A stretch of DNA of 49,123 nt, counting the filler, from Streblomastix strix (taxonomy: Eukaryota): assembly GCA_008636045.1 (NCBI GenBank). It is 2 parts of 2 records of this genome, joined end to end, with 100 filler letters (N's around TTAATTAATTAA, not from the genome) between each part and the next. Parts side by side here need not be neighbours in the genome. Positions count along the whole stretch, not along the records: positions 1 to 24,512 come from SNRW01000229.1; 1 more part is not named here. One strand, given 5' to 3'. Position numbers and translations under genes: made by a program. The notes under the pieces were generated by a model that saw only the letters and a program-made list of their open reading frames with translations, had not been told where the DNA came from and did no database searches. Within the stretch, counting starts at the first letter, position 1. Each line of letters opens with the position of its first letter. Positions 1-12,790 of the stretch are shown piece after piece.

Positions 1-1400
1 TCTGGGTATGCTGCTTCCTATTCTCTTGAGCCCGAGAACGGTCATATTTTCAGTTTCTCTTTCAATCTCTTTTTCACAATCTTCGTTTTTGAATAGTTGG
101 GAAAACCCTTTAATTTGAAGTCCACTTCTTTCACTTGTTTCCACTTTTTCAGATAACGAATTGTTTTTCCTCCTATTCCCCAGTTTGGTTGAAATAGTAA
201 TTTTTCTTCAATTAAGGTCCTAGGAAAGATTTCTAGTATATGAATCTCCTCCTTTGTTCTGTTCAGAACTCCCATTAGTTGGAATCGTCGGGGGGCTCGC
301 AAATGGCTGTCAGAGCTGCAAGTCTTCACTTTAGTTCTAGTTTGCGACTACGGAAGTATTCATGCATATGACTTTACCTCTGACTGGTGTCCTTCCTCCT
401 TTCTTCTCAACTTTGTGTTCACGAATAAGATTCCCCTGGAGTTATGTTGAAGGTGCTGTCTAAATATTTATTGGTTTTGTTCTTGCAACCCCTAATTGGC
501 CCGAATCTATGCTGTCGGTCGAAGTTGTTACCTCCACTACCTTTTCATTTGTTAGAAAAGTCTCTCTGGGGCATAATGAACCCATGCTTCCTCTTCTGCA
601 ATCCATTGATGTTATATTTCATTTGGAAATGTGAATGGTGTTGTAATCATTTCAGCAAGATCAAAATTCAAAATTGAGTTTTATTCTAGTTCGGATAAGG
701 TGCTTTTTAACACAATGGGATCGGTTATGTTGGAGGGACTATCCATTGCCTTCTACTAGAGGGTTTTCTCGATCTCAATTTTGTGTATGACTGATCTGGG
801 GCCTTCCTTGGCTGTCACGTATAGTTCATCTAACCAAACAATGGTCCAAGGTGACTGTCCAACACCTAATTATTGTTGTAAAATTATGATTGTGCTTAGT
901 TGTTTCTTTGCTTTTTCTAACTCCTCCAATGTTTTCTATACTTGTGTTTCTTATTGTTTTGGTCTATTGGTTTGATTTCTAAATTTTGAGTCTCGTGCAC
1001 TAAGTCTTTCTGAAAGTCTTCTTCCTGTTCTCCTGTTCCACAACCGAAATCCCAACCCAAAACAATATCGACTAATTTGTAATTCTCTTTCGTTAACTTC
1101 CTCTATGTTTAAGATTCATAGAAAGTTATTAATTTCATTTGTGATCCAGAACCTCTTTTCACTCTTTGTTATTCTTTAGGTTGTAACTTTATTAATATTT
1201 CCATTTGTAATCTCATGGTTTCGCCTTCATCGGAGTGATTTTTGAGTTAATTCTCTTTGAATCATCATCGTATGAGCTGCGTTAGAGTTTAATGATCATA
1301 TAGGTATTATTTTTTCTGGGATTTATTATATATTCCAGGACGTGAGTTCCATTTTAAAGAAAGATAATTGTTGATAACTTTTAAACTCAGCATTTTTCTA
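1..1400 (-). mobile_element. Degenerate 5' portion (gag-like ORF1 and start of RT) of a DIRS-type retrotransposon, running off the window start; inner boundary approximate
   Basis: Minus-strand PNWGIGGKTIRYLKKWKQV..KGF matches the GG(K/R)L..(Y/F)...W pre-RT motif also seen at ~20955 (GGKLMRYIIAWETI). Purine-rich coding-like minus strand with many lesions. Confidence 0.45.
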
Positions 1401-3839
1401 GTTACTCCTCCTAATCAGAGAAATGAGGTTTTTACTAAAAAAAATTGAAAAAAATATAGTTCAATAAATTAAATGAAAATTAAACTTTTAAAATACTATA
1501 AGCATGTATTAGAAACATATTTGAAAGGTGAGCAGATTCAAACTGATGCATAATAAACAATGGCTTATATATTGAGTTATGGATTTATGGTATAAATTTC
1601 TAGTCAGTTTTGAAATATTTAAACAATTTTATACAAATTTAGGTTTTATTATTGTATTTTTATTTAGAAATATCTTTAATAAAAAATATTAGCAATACGT
1701 TTCGTTAACAATAAATAAAACTATACATAAACGATATTTTTCATGTTTTACAAATAATTTCTGTGTACAATTGAAGATATATTTAATATAAATTAAGTTG
1801 ATTTTAATTTAAAATTATTATTTATAATTTTTTTAAATTTTTAATAAAAAATTAGAAAAATTCAATTTATTAATTTCTGTCTTTATCAAAATTGTAGCCA
1901 AAACGTATTTGAGTTCAAATTCTGGTAAAAAACCAGCGGACATCAAGCAGTTAAGCTAACGAATAATATTCAAAAGAGAGACTTGAATGATATGTACAAT
2001 TTCAATTAGTGGCCAATTGGATATTTTTAGCTTTTCACACTAGCATTCTTCTGGATAGATATGCTGATATATGCATCTTTTCAAATTTCGAAAGTTTGTT
2101 CATATTTCAGTTCAATATCTCACTTAATTGGAATTTTTTTAAAATTTATAATATATAAATGTAATTCGACTATCAGTTTATTAACTTAATTGACTACAGC
2201 TCACTTGCATATGTTGTAGGAAAGAGTTCAATCGAAATTTCAATTGCTTTCTGCCTTATCGTGATCATCGCAATAACTATGGAGCTGATAATCACGTCAT
2301 TGCATTGTAGCATCAACACGTCACAACCCAAGTTTAAACATGATGATTTCAACATTTAACTGCTATATTGTTCATGAGATTGCACCGGATGGGTTGGAGG
2401 TAGACGGAATCTTTTGGTTGGGTTTAATCAATATCCGATGTATATCTGAGAATGAGATAGAGATTGTTTCAGCAGTTCTGTCAATACTCATCATATTCGT
2501 AATATTATTCTACATATAATAATCTAACTATTTATATTCAATCATAACTAGAAAAATAGAGGTCTTCATACATTCTTACTGTTTGGAATAGTATTTTGCA
2601 TGAGAGAATTAATAGATTTACCTTTCTTTAGAGGTTCTGTTTCTGTTAGAACATCTGGATTCGTTATTGTTATTGAACTTCTGAAACTATCTTTCTACAA
2701 ATTCATATCGAACTACTTGATCATCCTTCCATGGTCTCTTTTTGGTGTGATTAGATTATGTATAGAGATTGGAAAATAATTTGAAGAAGCATTAAATTTA
2801 ATAATTCAATAAATTATCTTTTTGATTTTTGGATTTAAGTTTTGAATTGCATTATCGATATTTTTATATTTTGTTTTAAATCAAAAAGTGAAAAAGAAAT
2901 GGCTCCTAACATCTGAACTGAGATCATTAGTTGATATAGAGAAAAAATAATTGAAAGAAAACATTGCACCGAAATATGGAGTATTATTTGATTTAGATCC
3001 ACTTTCTGAATAAAATCAAAATCAAACAATTCCCTCACCTTTATTTGGATGATAAGGAAACAAACCAACAACTCAAAGTTAAGCTTCTTCATTTAAGAAT
3101 CAGTCTGGATTACCATTAGTTTCATATGATGGCGGAAAATGGAAATTTTCCTAAAATCGGCTTTAGGCGAACTTGATGATTTGATTATGAAATTAAAACA
3201 AAAAAATATAAAAGAAATTTATTTAATAATATATAATCATTTATGCTACTCATTCATTTTTTCAAAAAATTTTCCTTTTAAAAATAAAAAAACAAAAATT
3301 GCATCCTAAAACAATTTGTTTACTGATTAACTATTTTAAACCATATTTTTTTGATAAATTTGCGAAAAATTCTATAATTTTAAATTAAAGTATAATATAA
3401 TTAAATATAAATTTGAAAAATTAAACATAAACTTATAATTTAACATTAATTTAAATTAGAATTTAAATTAAATTGATTTAAATTGAAATTTATACTTCTT
3501 TTAATAAATTTTTTTATTTGTTACATTTTAATTCGGTAACTAAAAATGATAATAATTGAATAAATTTTAAATGATTATATTGAAAAAAATTATATATCAA
3601 ATTGTAACGATTTGTAGTCTTAAACGTAACAAAAATTTCTACAAACTTTAATTAAAATAATTAATTAAATTTCTAGCAATTAATTTAAAAGAGTAATAGA
3701 TGATTTAATTGGAAAATTGTTTTGAAAAATTGACTAACCAAAAATAGACACTTAATTAATTCACTTTTCCTTCCATTCATATTCCACTTCATATCGCCAA
3801 TACTTTATCCTCTTTCTAAAGCTATTAAAAAAATTTGCC

Positions 3840-4420
3840 TATGTTAATTTTGAATGATAAAATTGTTGCAAATTTCCGACGATTACTACAAGTACAGATT
3901 GGGGTCCTAATTAATATTTATAGTATAATATAAAGAAGATGAATAAATTAAATATAATAATATGCATATATATTTCATACTGTTAAATCAAAGATTAATT
4001 ATATGTACATGATTGTTTTGTTAAACTAATTTAAACATATATACCATAATAATATCATACCATATATTTCTGGAGTGGCAATGGCACTCCATTGAGGAGT
4101 GGATTATTTCAATATCTTCTTCTATCTCCATCTTCACCAAATGCAAAATTGCATGAATATACAATCTCTCACTTTGTACCCGGCCATTCCAAAAGTATTT
4201 GCGATCTAATGATTGGTATGATTAAAAGATATATATAAAAAAAGTTTAAAAAAAGATATAAATCGAATAAAAGATATAATAGAAATCTTAAAATATTGGA
4301 ATAGTATTGGATAAAATTCGACACTTACATGTATTAGATATGAACGAACCGAGTGCGTAAGGAAGATTGACTGTTATGAACCAATAAAAAAGCAATTATA
4401 ATATCTAAGCTATTAATAAT
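3840..4420 (+). pseudogene. DDD transposase relic, Sola-like; boundaries approximate
   Basis: Reads ITTSTDWGPN ... TIYFWSGNGTPLRS ... HFVPGHSKSICDLMIGMIKR (4170-4230). This resembles the Sola D / WSDN / F..GHGK..CD signature, with the second Asp mutated to Gly. Confidence 0.5.
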
Positions 4421-5169
4421 TAAATGGAAATTAAACAAAAACTGGTTAATATTTTGATAAAGATATTAATAAACATAAATAAATCAAAATTTTACCATCT
4501 TTAAATTAAATAATATTCGTAACAAATAAAATTTCTCCACTTCTATTGAAGTAATATACTTCTAACTGGTTTGACTTCTTAGGAGCAAGAGTAGAAGATT
4601 ATTTAGATTTAAGAATAAAAAAAATTTATGCTTCTAAAATTTTATAAAATTTATTCAAATTATATTCGAGTAATAATTTATTGAATATTTTTTTTATTTA
4701 TAACAAAAACATAATTAGTAGATAAAAATAATAATACTCATGTACCAATTGATAATTCACCAAACAGATCTGCTTTTGTGTAACTTTATATAAAAATCTT
4801 TTAAAAATATCATTTATTTTTATGTTTGATAGAAAAGTAAAAAAAATGAATTATACCTGAAAATAATACATTGACTTATAAGAACTTATAGAAAAGTCAT
4901 AAGCAATACAGTTGAATACATAATAGAAATAGTCTGCATTCATTTTGGAAAATCATTTAAGAAAAATAAAAATCTATAGAGCGAATCTATTATAAAAAAA
5001 AAGCAAACCGACAAAAAAATTTTTTATTACCTAATCACATAGATCAGTTTTTATTTATTTTTAACGATTTGCTTATTATTTTATCCCATTTAATCTTAAA
5101 TTTATTAGATTGTTTTCATATTTCATTTTCAAGTATTATTATTTTATTTTATTTATTTTTATTAAAGAA

Positions 5170-5350
5170 ATGGGATTGAATGCAACAGGAGACAAATATC
5201 TCTATTCCTTCAAATGGAAAGTCAGAAATCTAGCTTTTTGAATATGAATAAGTATATGAAATTATGAAGGAACATCCTGAATGTAATCAGAAAGAAGTTG
5301 CATCTAAAGTCAAAATAAGATGGAAAACATTGGAAGATAACGAGAAAAAA
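5170..5350 (+). CDS. HMG-box-containing exon of a host gene, followed by a probable GT intron and acidic/low-complexity exon(s) to ~5850; may be degenerate
   Basis: EIMKEHPECNQKEVASKVKIRWKTLEDNEKK matches HMG-box helices 2-3 (..P....E....G..WK.L...EK). It is followed by GTTTGA and AT-rich sequence. Confidence 0.6.
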
Positions 5351-5925
5351 GTTTGAAATTTATTATTTGATATCAATATTTTAAATATTTGTTTTATTTT
5401 AATAATAAGGAATAAAATTCTTTTTATTATTCAAAATTAATAGCTATTTCATTCAAAATGATATAAAATTCTTATATTTTAGGGTAACAACTTCATAATC
5501 AGGGAAATAAATTGAATTTTTCGAATCTCAATAACAGATATATGTGACAATTAAATAAGAAATAAAAGATTCATAATAATTCGAATAATAAGAAGACACA
5601 TATGAATAAGAATAAGAGAATTAGAATGATGATGATGATTCATAATAATAAGATGAAATAAGTGTAATTGTTATGAATGCATAGAAACGGAAGCGAAATG
5701 AAAAAATATTAAGAAAATCAAAAATTAAAATATATTAAATAAATTCAAATTCAGATTCTAATTCAGATTCAGATTAATATTTAGATTCGGATGAAGAAAA
5801 AGAATATTTATAATAGATGAAAGATCGGAAGCGCAGAAGAATTATTGAATGAACTGAAAAATATAAGAAATATTAACTCAAATTTATAACTTATAATTAA
5901 AATTTTATAGACTTTTTATTTCTAA

Positions 5926-6010
5926 TTTGAAAACAACCCAGCCGTTATGAGGCCTCCATTATTTATTGGAATACAAAACCGTGAAATGTGGGTCAGATCG
6001 GATAAAGCTG
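5926..6010. repeat. 3' inverted terminal repeat of the DIRS element
   Basis: 5951-6010 is a near-perfect reverse complement of 11056-11115. The outer 37 bp (5926-5962) are a perfect reverse complement of 6300-6336. Confidence 0.9.
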
Positions 6011-6299
6011 ACATTAACAAACATAATACATTACACATGTTAAAATAAACATAGCGGAGAAATACGTTTTCGTTTCAAACTTGCTTGAAACCTCCCTTGC
6101 TTTTCAGCGCTCTTCTTGGAACTCTTCATCCGTTGTTGATGTTGTTGTATCTTGATACCCATAGGTTCGTAACTCTTGATCTGCATCGCTGCATTGAGAT
6201 TATTCCTTGAGTTCTTGGAGGCTATTTAAGAGTATAATTTGTAATTAATATTTAAAATAATATTTTGAATAAAATATTGTATCAATAGAAGTTAAAAAT

Positions 6300-6410
6300 A
6301 TAATGGAGGCCTCATAACGGCTGGGTTGTTTTCAAACCCAACCGTAAACTCTGGGTTTTAAACTAACCAGGCCGTTTTATTCGGCCTCCATTATTTATTA
6401 GAATACCAAA
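6300..6410. repeat. Internal complementary region (ICR) of the DIRS element
   Basis: 6300-6336 is complementary to the 5926 terminus and 6340-6410 is complementary to the 11157 terminus; the two parts are joined by CCC. Confidence 0.88.
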
Positions 6411-6436
6411 GTCATAAAAAGAGATAAAAATGTATT

Positions 6437-6443
<7 letters not shown>

Positions 6444-6497
<54 letters not shown>
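6444..6497. repeat. (AT)n microsatellite in the DIRS 3' non-coding region
   Basis: Uninterrupted AT dinucleotide run. Confidence 0.95.
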
Positions 6498-6499
<2 letters not shown>

Positions 6500-6789
6500 A
6501 AATAGTAATATCATTTAAAATTATAATATTAATAATTTAATTTGTAATCAATATAAAATAATTAAATATCGAAATATGTCGGAATAATAACATCGATCAT
6601 AATCGGGAAAATTAATATTATTTCATCGAACTAATCTGGAATTTTTCATTGGTATGAGCCGGGATTAAATAAGCATCTATCAATTATAATTTTAGTATAT
6701 TTATTTTAATATTTATATTTATATAATAATAAAAGTAATTAAATAAATTAATCTAACATATAGTGTAATATTTTATCTATTAAATATTA

Positions 6790-7775
6790 TCAAAATCCAA
6801 ACCTCACTCTCTAAATTATCAATGTTCCTAAGTTCCTCAATATTGGTCGATAATAGAAAGCATCAACCACTGTTGAAGTAAGAATATGGCATGAGAAAGC
6901 ATTGACCTCCAGAAATGAAGCACCACTAGCCCTTAACTTTGTCATCGTTGCATGACGTATGGAAGGTCCATTAAAAAGAGATTCAATCCCAAACTGGCGT
7001 AGAATAGTTGTAAGAGTCTGACTGCAGTAATGAGAAGAAGGAGCAGTTTGTCTTTTGAAGTCCCAAAATATTGATTCTTCCTGAATGTTTATCTTCATTC
7101 TAGTTTAAATCCAGATTCGCAATGCATCTACAGGACATAATTGACTTTCTATTCTATTCAGAGTTATTGTTTCGTTTCTTACTTTGCTTCCTTTTTTGAT
7201 AGTTGTAGCTATAATCATTTTATTCTTTTAGCTGTTATCTAAGTCTTTCATAGTCATCCTGGAGAGATCCGTCATTCGTGCTGCAGAGAAAGAAACTAAT
7301 AGAGCCATTGCTTTCATTTGTATTTCTTCTGGAGTACTGAATGTGGAATTAGAGATATGATCAAAGAGTTTCTGAATATCCCAGATAATATTATATCTTG
7401 TTTTGGAATCAACTTTCAGGTTCAAGCATCTTGTGAATTGTTTAATTAATGGGGAATCTATTATGTTGGACATCTTTGAGAACGGACCTAGAACTACGCT
7501 AGTGTGAGTTTTCATTGCAATTAAGTTTGACTTTCTATTCTTACCACCAAGGTCATTAAGCCAATTCATAGCATTAACCACATAGATATCTGGTCTCTCT
7601 CCAAGGAGTGTCTGCGCATTAATATCATTTAATTTCATATATCTAGCCATTAACGTTAAACCAGCTCTACGCTTACGCCATATTTCCAAGCTTTAATTGT
7701 CGATCATCTGTTAGATAGTTATAAATACCAATCCAGCTGTGGTGGCAAGGTCTCTAATTAATTGCTCTCCAATTG
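6790..7775 (-). CDS. DIRS tyrosine recombinase; start approximate
   Basis: Track ORFs 7228-7689 and 6811-7098 join in one frame when TAA=Gln (..DLDNSQKNKMIIATTIKKGSK..LCPVDALRIWIQTRMKIN..). Motifs AARMTDL, CPV, SIRHAT, FYYRP; TGA at 6790-6792. Confidence 0.88.
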
Positions 7776-9690
7776 CATACTTGTCGTTAGAACTGCTAAT
7801 TGGTTTCCTGGAGGTAGTTTTAATTGATGACTTTCCAAGGACTTACCCTTCTCCAGTACTGTCTCAGTTGGACCAAAGTTTAATATCTAGATTTTTCGAA
7901 AAAAGAGCTGTTTAAACTTCATCAGACACCAATCTGGAAGGAGTAACAGTACAGTTGATGGTTCTAATTTCATCTTCTTGAGAATTCTAGGCATCAACTC
8001 TATTGGTGGGTGGAGGAGAAGCGCTTCGTTGCTCCAATTGACACTAAATACCCCTCCTCTCCCCTCTGCTCCTCGGTCCTTTAATAAGGAGCAGTACCTA
8101 TTACATCTTTTAGTAGATCGTGTCGCAAGATATCGATTTGAGGAAATAATTATAGTTGATATATCAGCATTTGAAGTATTTCTTGCTTGATCATGCAATC
8201 TTCCCTCCACCCTAATCTGCTTAGAACATCAGCTTTATTGTTCTACAGACCAGGATGTGAGTTGTTGATAATTGAATGTTCATCTCTTCCAGATGCTTAA
8301 AGATTAGTCTCACTAGATGAATTTTATTCGGTGCTGCTCTCCAGAGTCTGAAATTATATTCCACTGTCTGATTATCTGTGTATATGGTCAGTGGATGAAT
8401 TTAATTCTGCAAAATTGCTTGTTTGTGCATTCTTAAAACCATTAATACTGCAGAAGTATCCCGTTGATTACTATTCGATACTTGCCAATTCTTCTGCCAT
8501 TTTCCAGCTTCCATCATTTCGTTCTATTGGATTTGTAGAATCGAGCCCCAACCTTCCTAGGCTGCATCTGTTGTGAGTGTTGCTTAGGATGTTAGTTGTT
8601 CCAATTAGTGAGGTTTATTCTATTTGATCTTGATGAACCATAGGAAGAGGTTGCCAAGAACCCGTTTATTGAGTGAAATAGAGCAGTTCCATCCACCTTT
8701 CTTCACAATTTAAGTTTTAAGATGATTCAATGAGTTGCTAATTAGTGGCGCGTCTTATATTTAGATTCTCAAGAAATTCAACTCTCCTAACAGCTTCGCC
8801 ATATCTCTGACTCTGACCGTTTTATGAGCCATTGCAGCATTTATCCTGCTTTTGATCTCCTTCTTCATCATTCTTCTTCTCTAGGGAGTCATCTTCTCTT
8901 CCAGATTCTCTGCATTCCATACCCAGCCTAGATAGTTGAAGATCTTGGAAGGAAACAATCGGCACTTCTTATGTTGGATCTTGAATCCCAGATTGTGTAA
9001 GTATGCTATTATATCTTATGTTGCGTACTTAAGATAGTTCTTGTCTGGATGTAAAAAGACCATATCATCTATGTAATCGCTAATCTTGATGTTCCATCTC
9101 TGCCTTATAGCTTTAATCGCGATTGAAAGGATTTTGTTAAAATAGTAGGGACTGTTTTTGTATCCGAAGGGAAGGCCTGAGTACGTGAATAATCTCTCCT
9201 GGAAAGCGAAACCGAAGTATGTTAGAAGATCTGAAGAGATTTTGATATGATGAAAGGCCTCTTCTAAATCTAATGTAGTTGCGAAGTCCTGCTTCTCTAG
9301 AATCTATTTAATTAATTTGGAGCCTTCAATCTTGAATTAAATTAGATTCATTACTGCATTGATTTGTCTACAGTCCAGAATCTTTCTCCATTTATTACCA
9401 GGTTTTGGGACCAAGAAAGTAGGATTAATGATTCTAATTTAATCTGTCTGAATTACTATCCCTTCTTTAGTCTCCTTTTCCAGTTATCTAACATATTCTA
9501 ACATTTGAAGTAGTGGTGCATGATACTCCTTATATTTCTAAATCGCTTCCAACTGATGAAGAGTTTTTATTGAAGTCCAATTGGGTGTAGGTCCTGTTTG
9601 AATATCTATTCAAGCATTGATCTTGTTCTATTTTTATATTCTATATGTTAGTCTTTCCGGCACTGATACGTTCTCCCAGTTAACGCATTC
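7760..9690 (-). pseudogene. DIRS reverse transcriptase - RNase H - Dam-like methyltransferase ORF with at least one in-frame TGA
   Basis: RT motifs NPTFLVPKPGNKWRKILDCR, TLDLEEAFHHI, GLPFGYKNSP, DYIDDM (~9065). MT-like ATRSTKRCNRYCS..NWSNEALLLHPP..LLPDW. Confidence 0.9.
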
Positions 9691-9699
9691 CGTTGATAA

Positions 9700-11022
9700 T
9701 AGAAGAATTGATTTGTAAACCTCCTCTAATTCTTCTTCTTCTTGTATCAGATTCTCACTCAGAATCAGCATCAGCATCATCATCTGAATCTTTCTCCATT
9801 TGCTGATTCTAATGTTCTACACTCCCCGTCTCGATTCCTAGTAATGCATATTTTGGAGCAGCCATCCGTTGCTGACTGCCTATTTAACTAGTAGGTTATT
9901 ACTATTATGATTACATCATCATCGCCTATGGAATGAATTGAGTGAATTGTTGAGAAGCTGGTTGGGATAGGAATGGTTGTTGTTGCATCATCTGCATATA
10001 TTGGCAGAAGAATTGAGGAGTTTAGCATAGAGGCTACTGTTAAAAAGGGAACAGGTTCTTGTATTATTGAGACTATTAATACTGGAAATTATAGTTCTTT
10101 AGGAAAACTCTGTTTCTTCTGAACATAAAATTGTTATTATTTAATTACTAATCCAAATTCTATTAAAATTGTGCTGATCTTCATGACTATTTATTGGATC
10201 TGTTTTATCTTGATAGATTGTTGCAATAATTTGGGAACTATTATTGAGGAGTGGGAGTAATCTGTTGCTGTTACTATTGTTATGATAGTGGTTATTGTTG
10301 AATAGATGACTATATTTATTGAATTGTTTGTGGTTGAGTTAGTTGAACATGAGGAATCGGCTATTTGGATGCAATTAACTTGATTGAAGTGTTCAGCTCC
10401 TTAATTTGATCTTTCGACTATTTGCTAGATGCATTCAGAACTGAACCTTTCTTTCCGATTAAAAGTTTGAATTCATCTGTTACAAGCTTCATGTCTCTAC
10501 GTTGGGAAGCGTCGCCAGCTATCACCCGAGCAACGTGATGACAGGTAAGAATGAATCTCTAAGTAGCTGGAAAGTCAACCTGGATTAATGCAGTGGAAGC
10601 CGCAACGCAAGCTCTTTGAATCAAAACTGCAAGTAATGCTGTTTCCACATCATCTTCAGCGTCTCCATCACCAGTGCTTGGATACACACGCCTTGCTTAT
10701 TAAGTTCAAGACTAGGCATCTCCTCTTCAAGCTAGAACAGCAGCTCCCTTTTGCGTTTTGACGCTCTTTCACTTGTCGGATTCAAATCAAATGCTTTTCT
10801 TCGTTAACAGTGTTCAAACAGCTTAGTTGTAGCCTCATGTTGTTATAATGCTCGAATTGCATTTGATGTATCACGAGGTCGACCCATGAGAATGTTCAGC
10901 CAGTCAGGCAAGGCATTTTAGATAACGTCAGCATTTTGCGCGCCATGGTCAGCCTGATTTCGATTTTGCTGATTGATTTGTTAGTTTTCATCATCATCCT
11001 CGTCGTCTCTGTGATGCGCCAT
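9700..11022 (-). pseudogene. DIRS ORF1 (gag-like), Gln-rich; end approximate
   Basis: ATG 11022: MAHHRDDEDDDENQQINQQNRNQ..., in the ORF1 position between the 5' ITR and RT; some internal stops. Confidence 0.7.
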
Positions 11023-11055
11023 TCGAACGTGAAGCTACAAATTTAAATTTGAAAA

Positions 11056-11160
11056 CAGCTTTTTCCGATCTGACCAACATTTCACGGTTTTGTATTTCAA
11101 TAAATAATGAAGGCCGAATAAAACGGTTTGTGTAGTTTAAACCAAGAGTTTACGGTTATG
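11056..11160. repeat. 5' inverted terminal repeat of the DIRS element
   Basis: Inner part is complementary to 5951-6010 and outer part to 6340-6410. Confidence 0.9.
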
Positions 11161-11267
11161 TTTTAATAAAATTGAATAAATGATAAAAGAAAAATTTGAT
11201 AAAAAAAATTTAAAACGATTCTTTCACCCAAATCACCGAATAATTGATGTGAATATATCTTAATATA

Positions 11268-12790
11268 ATGGAAGGATAAAATATTGATGATGAAATGAAA
11301 GAAAGAATAAAAAAACTCACGAATAAATGTAATATTAATATTTTAGAATCATGCCCATTAAGTGATAATGAAAAGGAATTAAAAACATAAAGATTATTTG
11401 AAGATATAAAAAATAAAGAAATGAATGAATTAATAAATATCTTTAATTCTTTAATGATTGATATAAAAATGAAACGAATTGGGAACTTTTCTTCTGGATC
11501 TGAAAAGATTATTCTTAATATAATCGAACTTTTATCTGAAAAAGTAATTTAATAAAATAATAATTTAATCTTCAATATCTTTAAATAATCCGGATTAACT
11601 ACTGATACTGAAATATTTATAATAGAAAAATTAGAATACGACGAAAAAGAAAATGAATTAATACCATATTCTGAAGTATTAGAATAATTAGTTAGAGTAT
11701 ATTTGATAAAGAAAATAGGATAATAAATTGATATAGGATTTATTAATAAATATGTTAAAATTTTGAAAAGAAGCATCAACTCTGTTTTAGATAATCTTTC
11801 AGATAATATTAAAAATTAAGAAAAAAAAGACAGAAATGAAATAAATAATGAATAAATAGAATACGACTTGAAAAGAGATGCTTAATCAATTCAATAGGCA
11901 AATAAAATAAGAAATTATGATTAGATTAATAGATTTTTTAAAAAGGAAATATCACGACTTATGCACATTAATTGTACATGTGAAATCATGTCCTCTTCAA
12001 GTCACAGTTATTGACTCTCCTAGTATTCATGAATTATAAAATGTTTTATTTCAATCATTTATTGACATTTCATAAGTAGATAATAGATATAAAGATTTCT
12101 TATTAAAAGAACATTCATTTCTCCAACATCTTACACCACATATAATCAACAATGCAAACAATAATTCACATTAATAACAATAAAATAAAGATTAATAATA
12201 ATTTCATATATTTCAATCTCTATTAATTATTAGATCTCCATTAATCACTTTGACCATCTCTTCATTTCAATTTCTTTCTATTGCTAAATATTCATGAGCT
12301 AACAAAAACTTATTCTTTCACTCATTTAACTATATAAATACAAACTCAGTGTTTAATATAATCATGATGAAAGTGAAAATATTTCAAACATCAGATTTAG
12401 CAGTGGCATTTGTCTTCATAAGATTTAGGTTAATGGAAATCCACCTATTCAAGTATAACTCTCGGAAGAAGGATATGTAAGAACACTCATTAATATTTTC
12501 CGTGCTGATTATCAGATTATTGAATAATTTGGAAATTGTAGAATCAGAAATGATCTGTTTCTCATCTTTAACTTCATTCAACAACTCCAATTACTCATAA
12601 TTCCAAACTATTGGAATCCAAAACATTTAATAGTTCTATAATAGTCAAGTTTATTGTATTCTGCATATGAGCAGATTGAAGAAGAAGGAGGAACTGAAGA
12701 AATTGAGGCACAATTAGTGAATAAAGAAAAGTTGATGATGATGATTCAGTTAAAAATGTAACTAAAGATATAAAGAACATAATAATGAAC
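11268..12790 (+). pseudogene. Hypothetical helical host protein, disrupted; end approximate
   Basis: More than 200 codons open from ATG 11268 under code 6 (MEGQNIDDEMKERIKKL...). Coding-like sequence continues with stops and frameshifts. Confidence 0.35.

Larger units (their letters stand above)
5926..11163 (-). mobile_element. Full-length DIRS1-like tyrosine-recombinase retrotransposon (ITR-gag-RT-RNaseH-MT-YR-ICR-ITR), lightly degenerate
   Basis: All DIRS domains present in order. Inverted terminal repeats, an ICR complementary to both outer ends, and TTT at both termini. Confidence 0.9.

Noticed and set aside
1900..3100. Coding-like minus-strand segment with possible introns
   Set aside because: Multiple TGA stops and no recognisable motif, so no product can be supported.
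5926..6336. Apparent 411-bp MITE with perfect 37-bp TIRs
   Set aside because: Better explained as the 3' ITR plus half of the ICR of the adjacent DIRS element, since 5951-6010 also pairs with the far 5' ITR.
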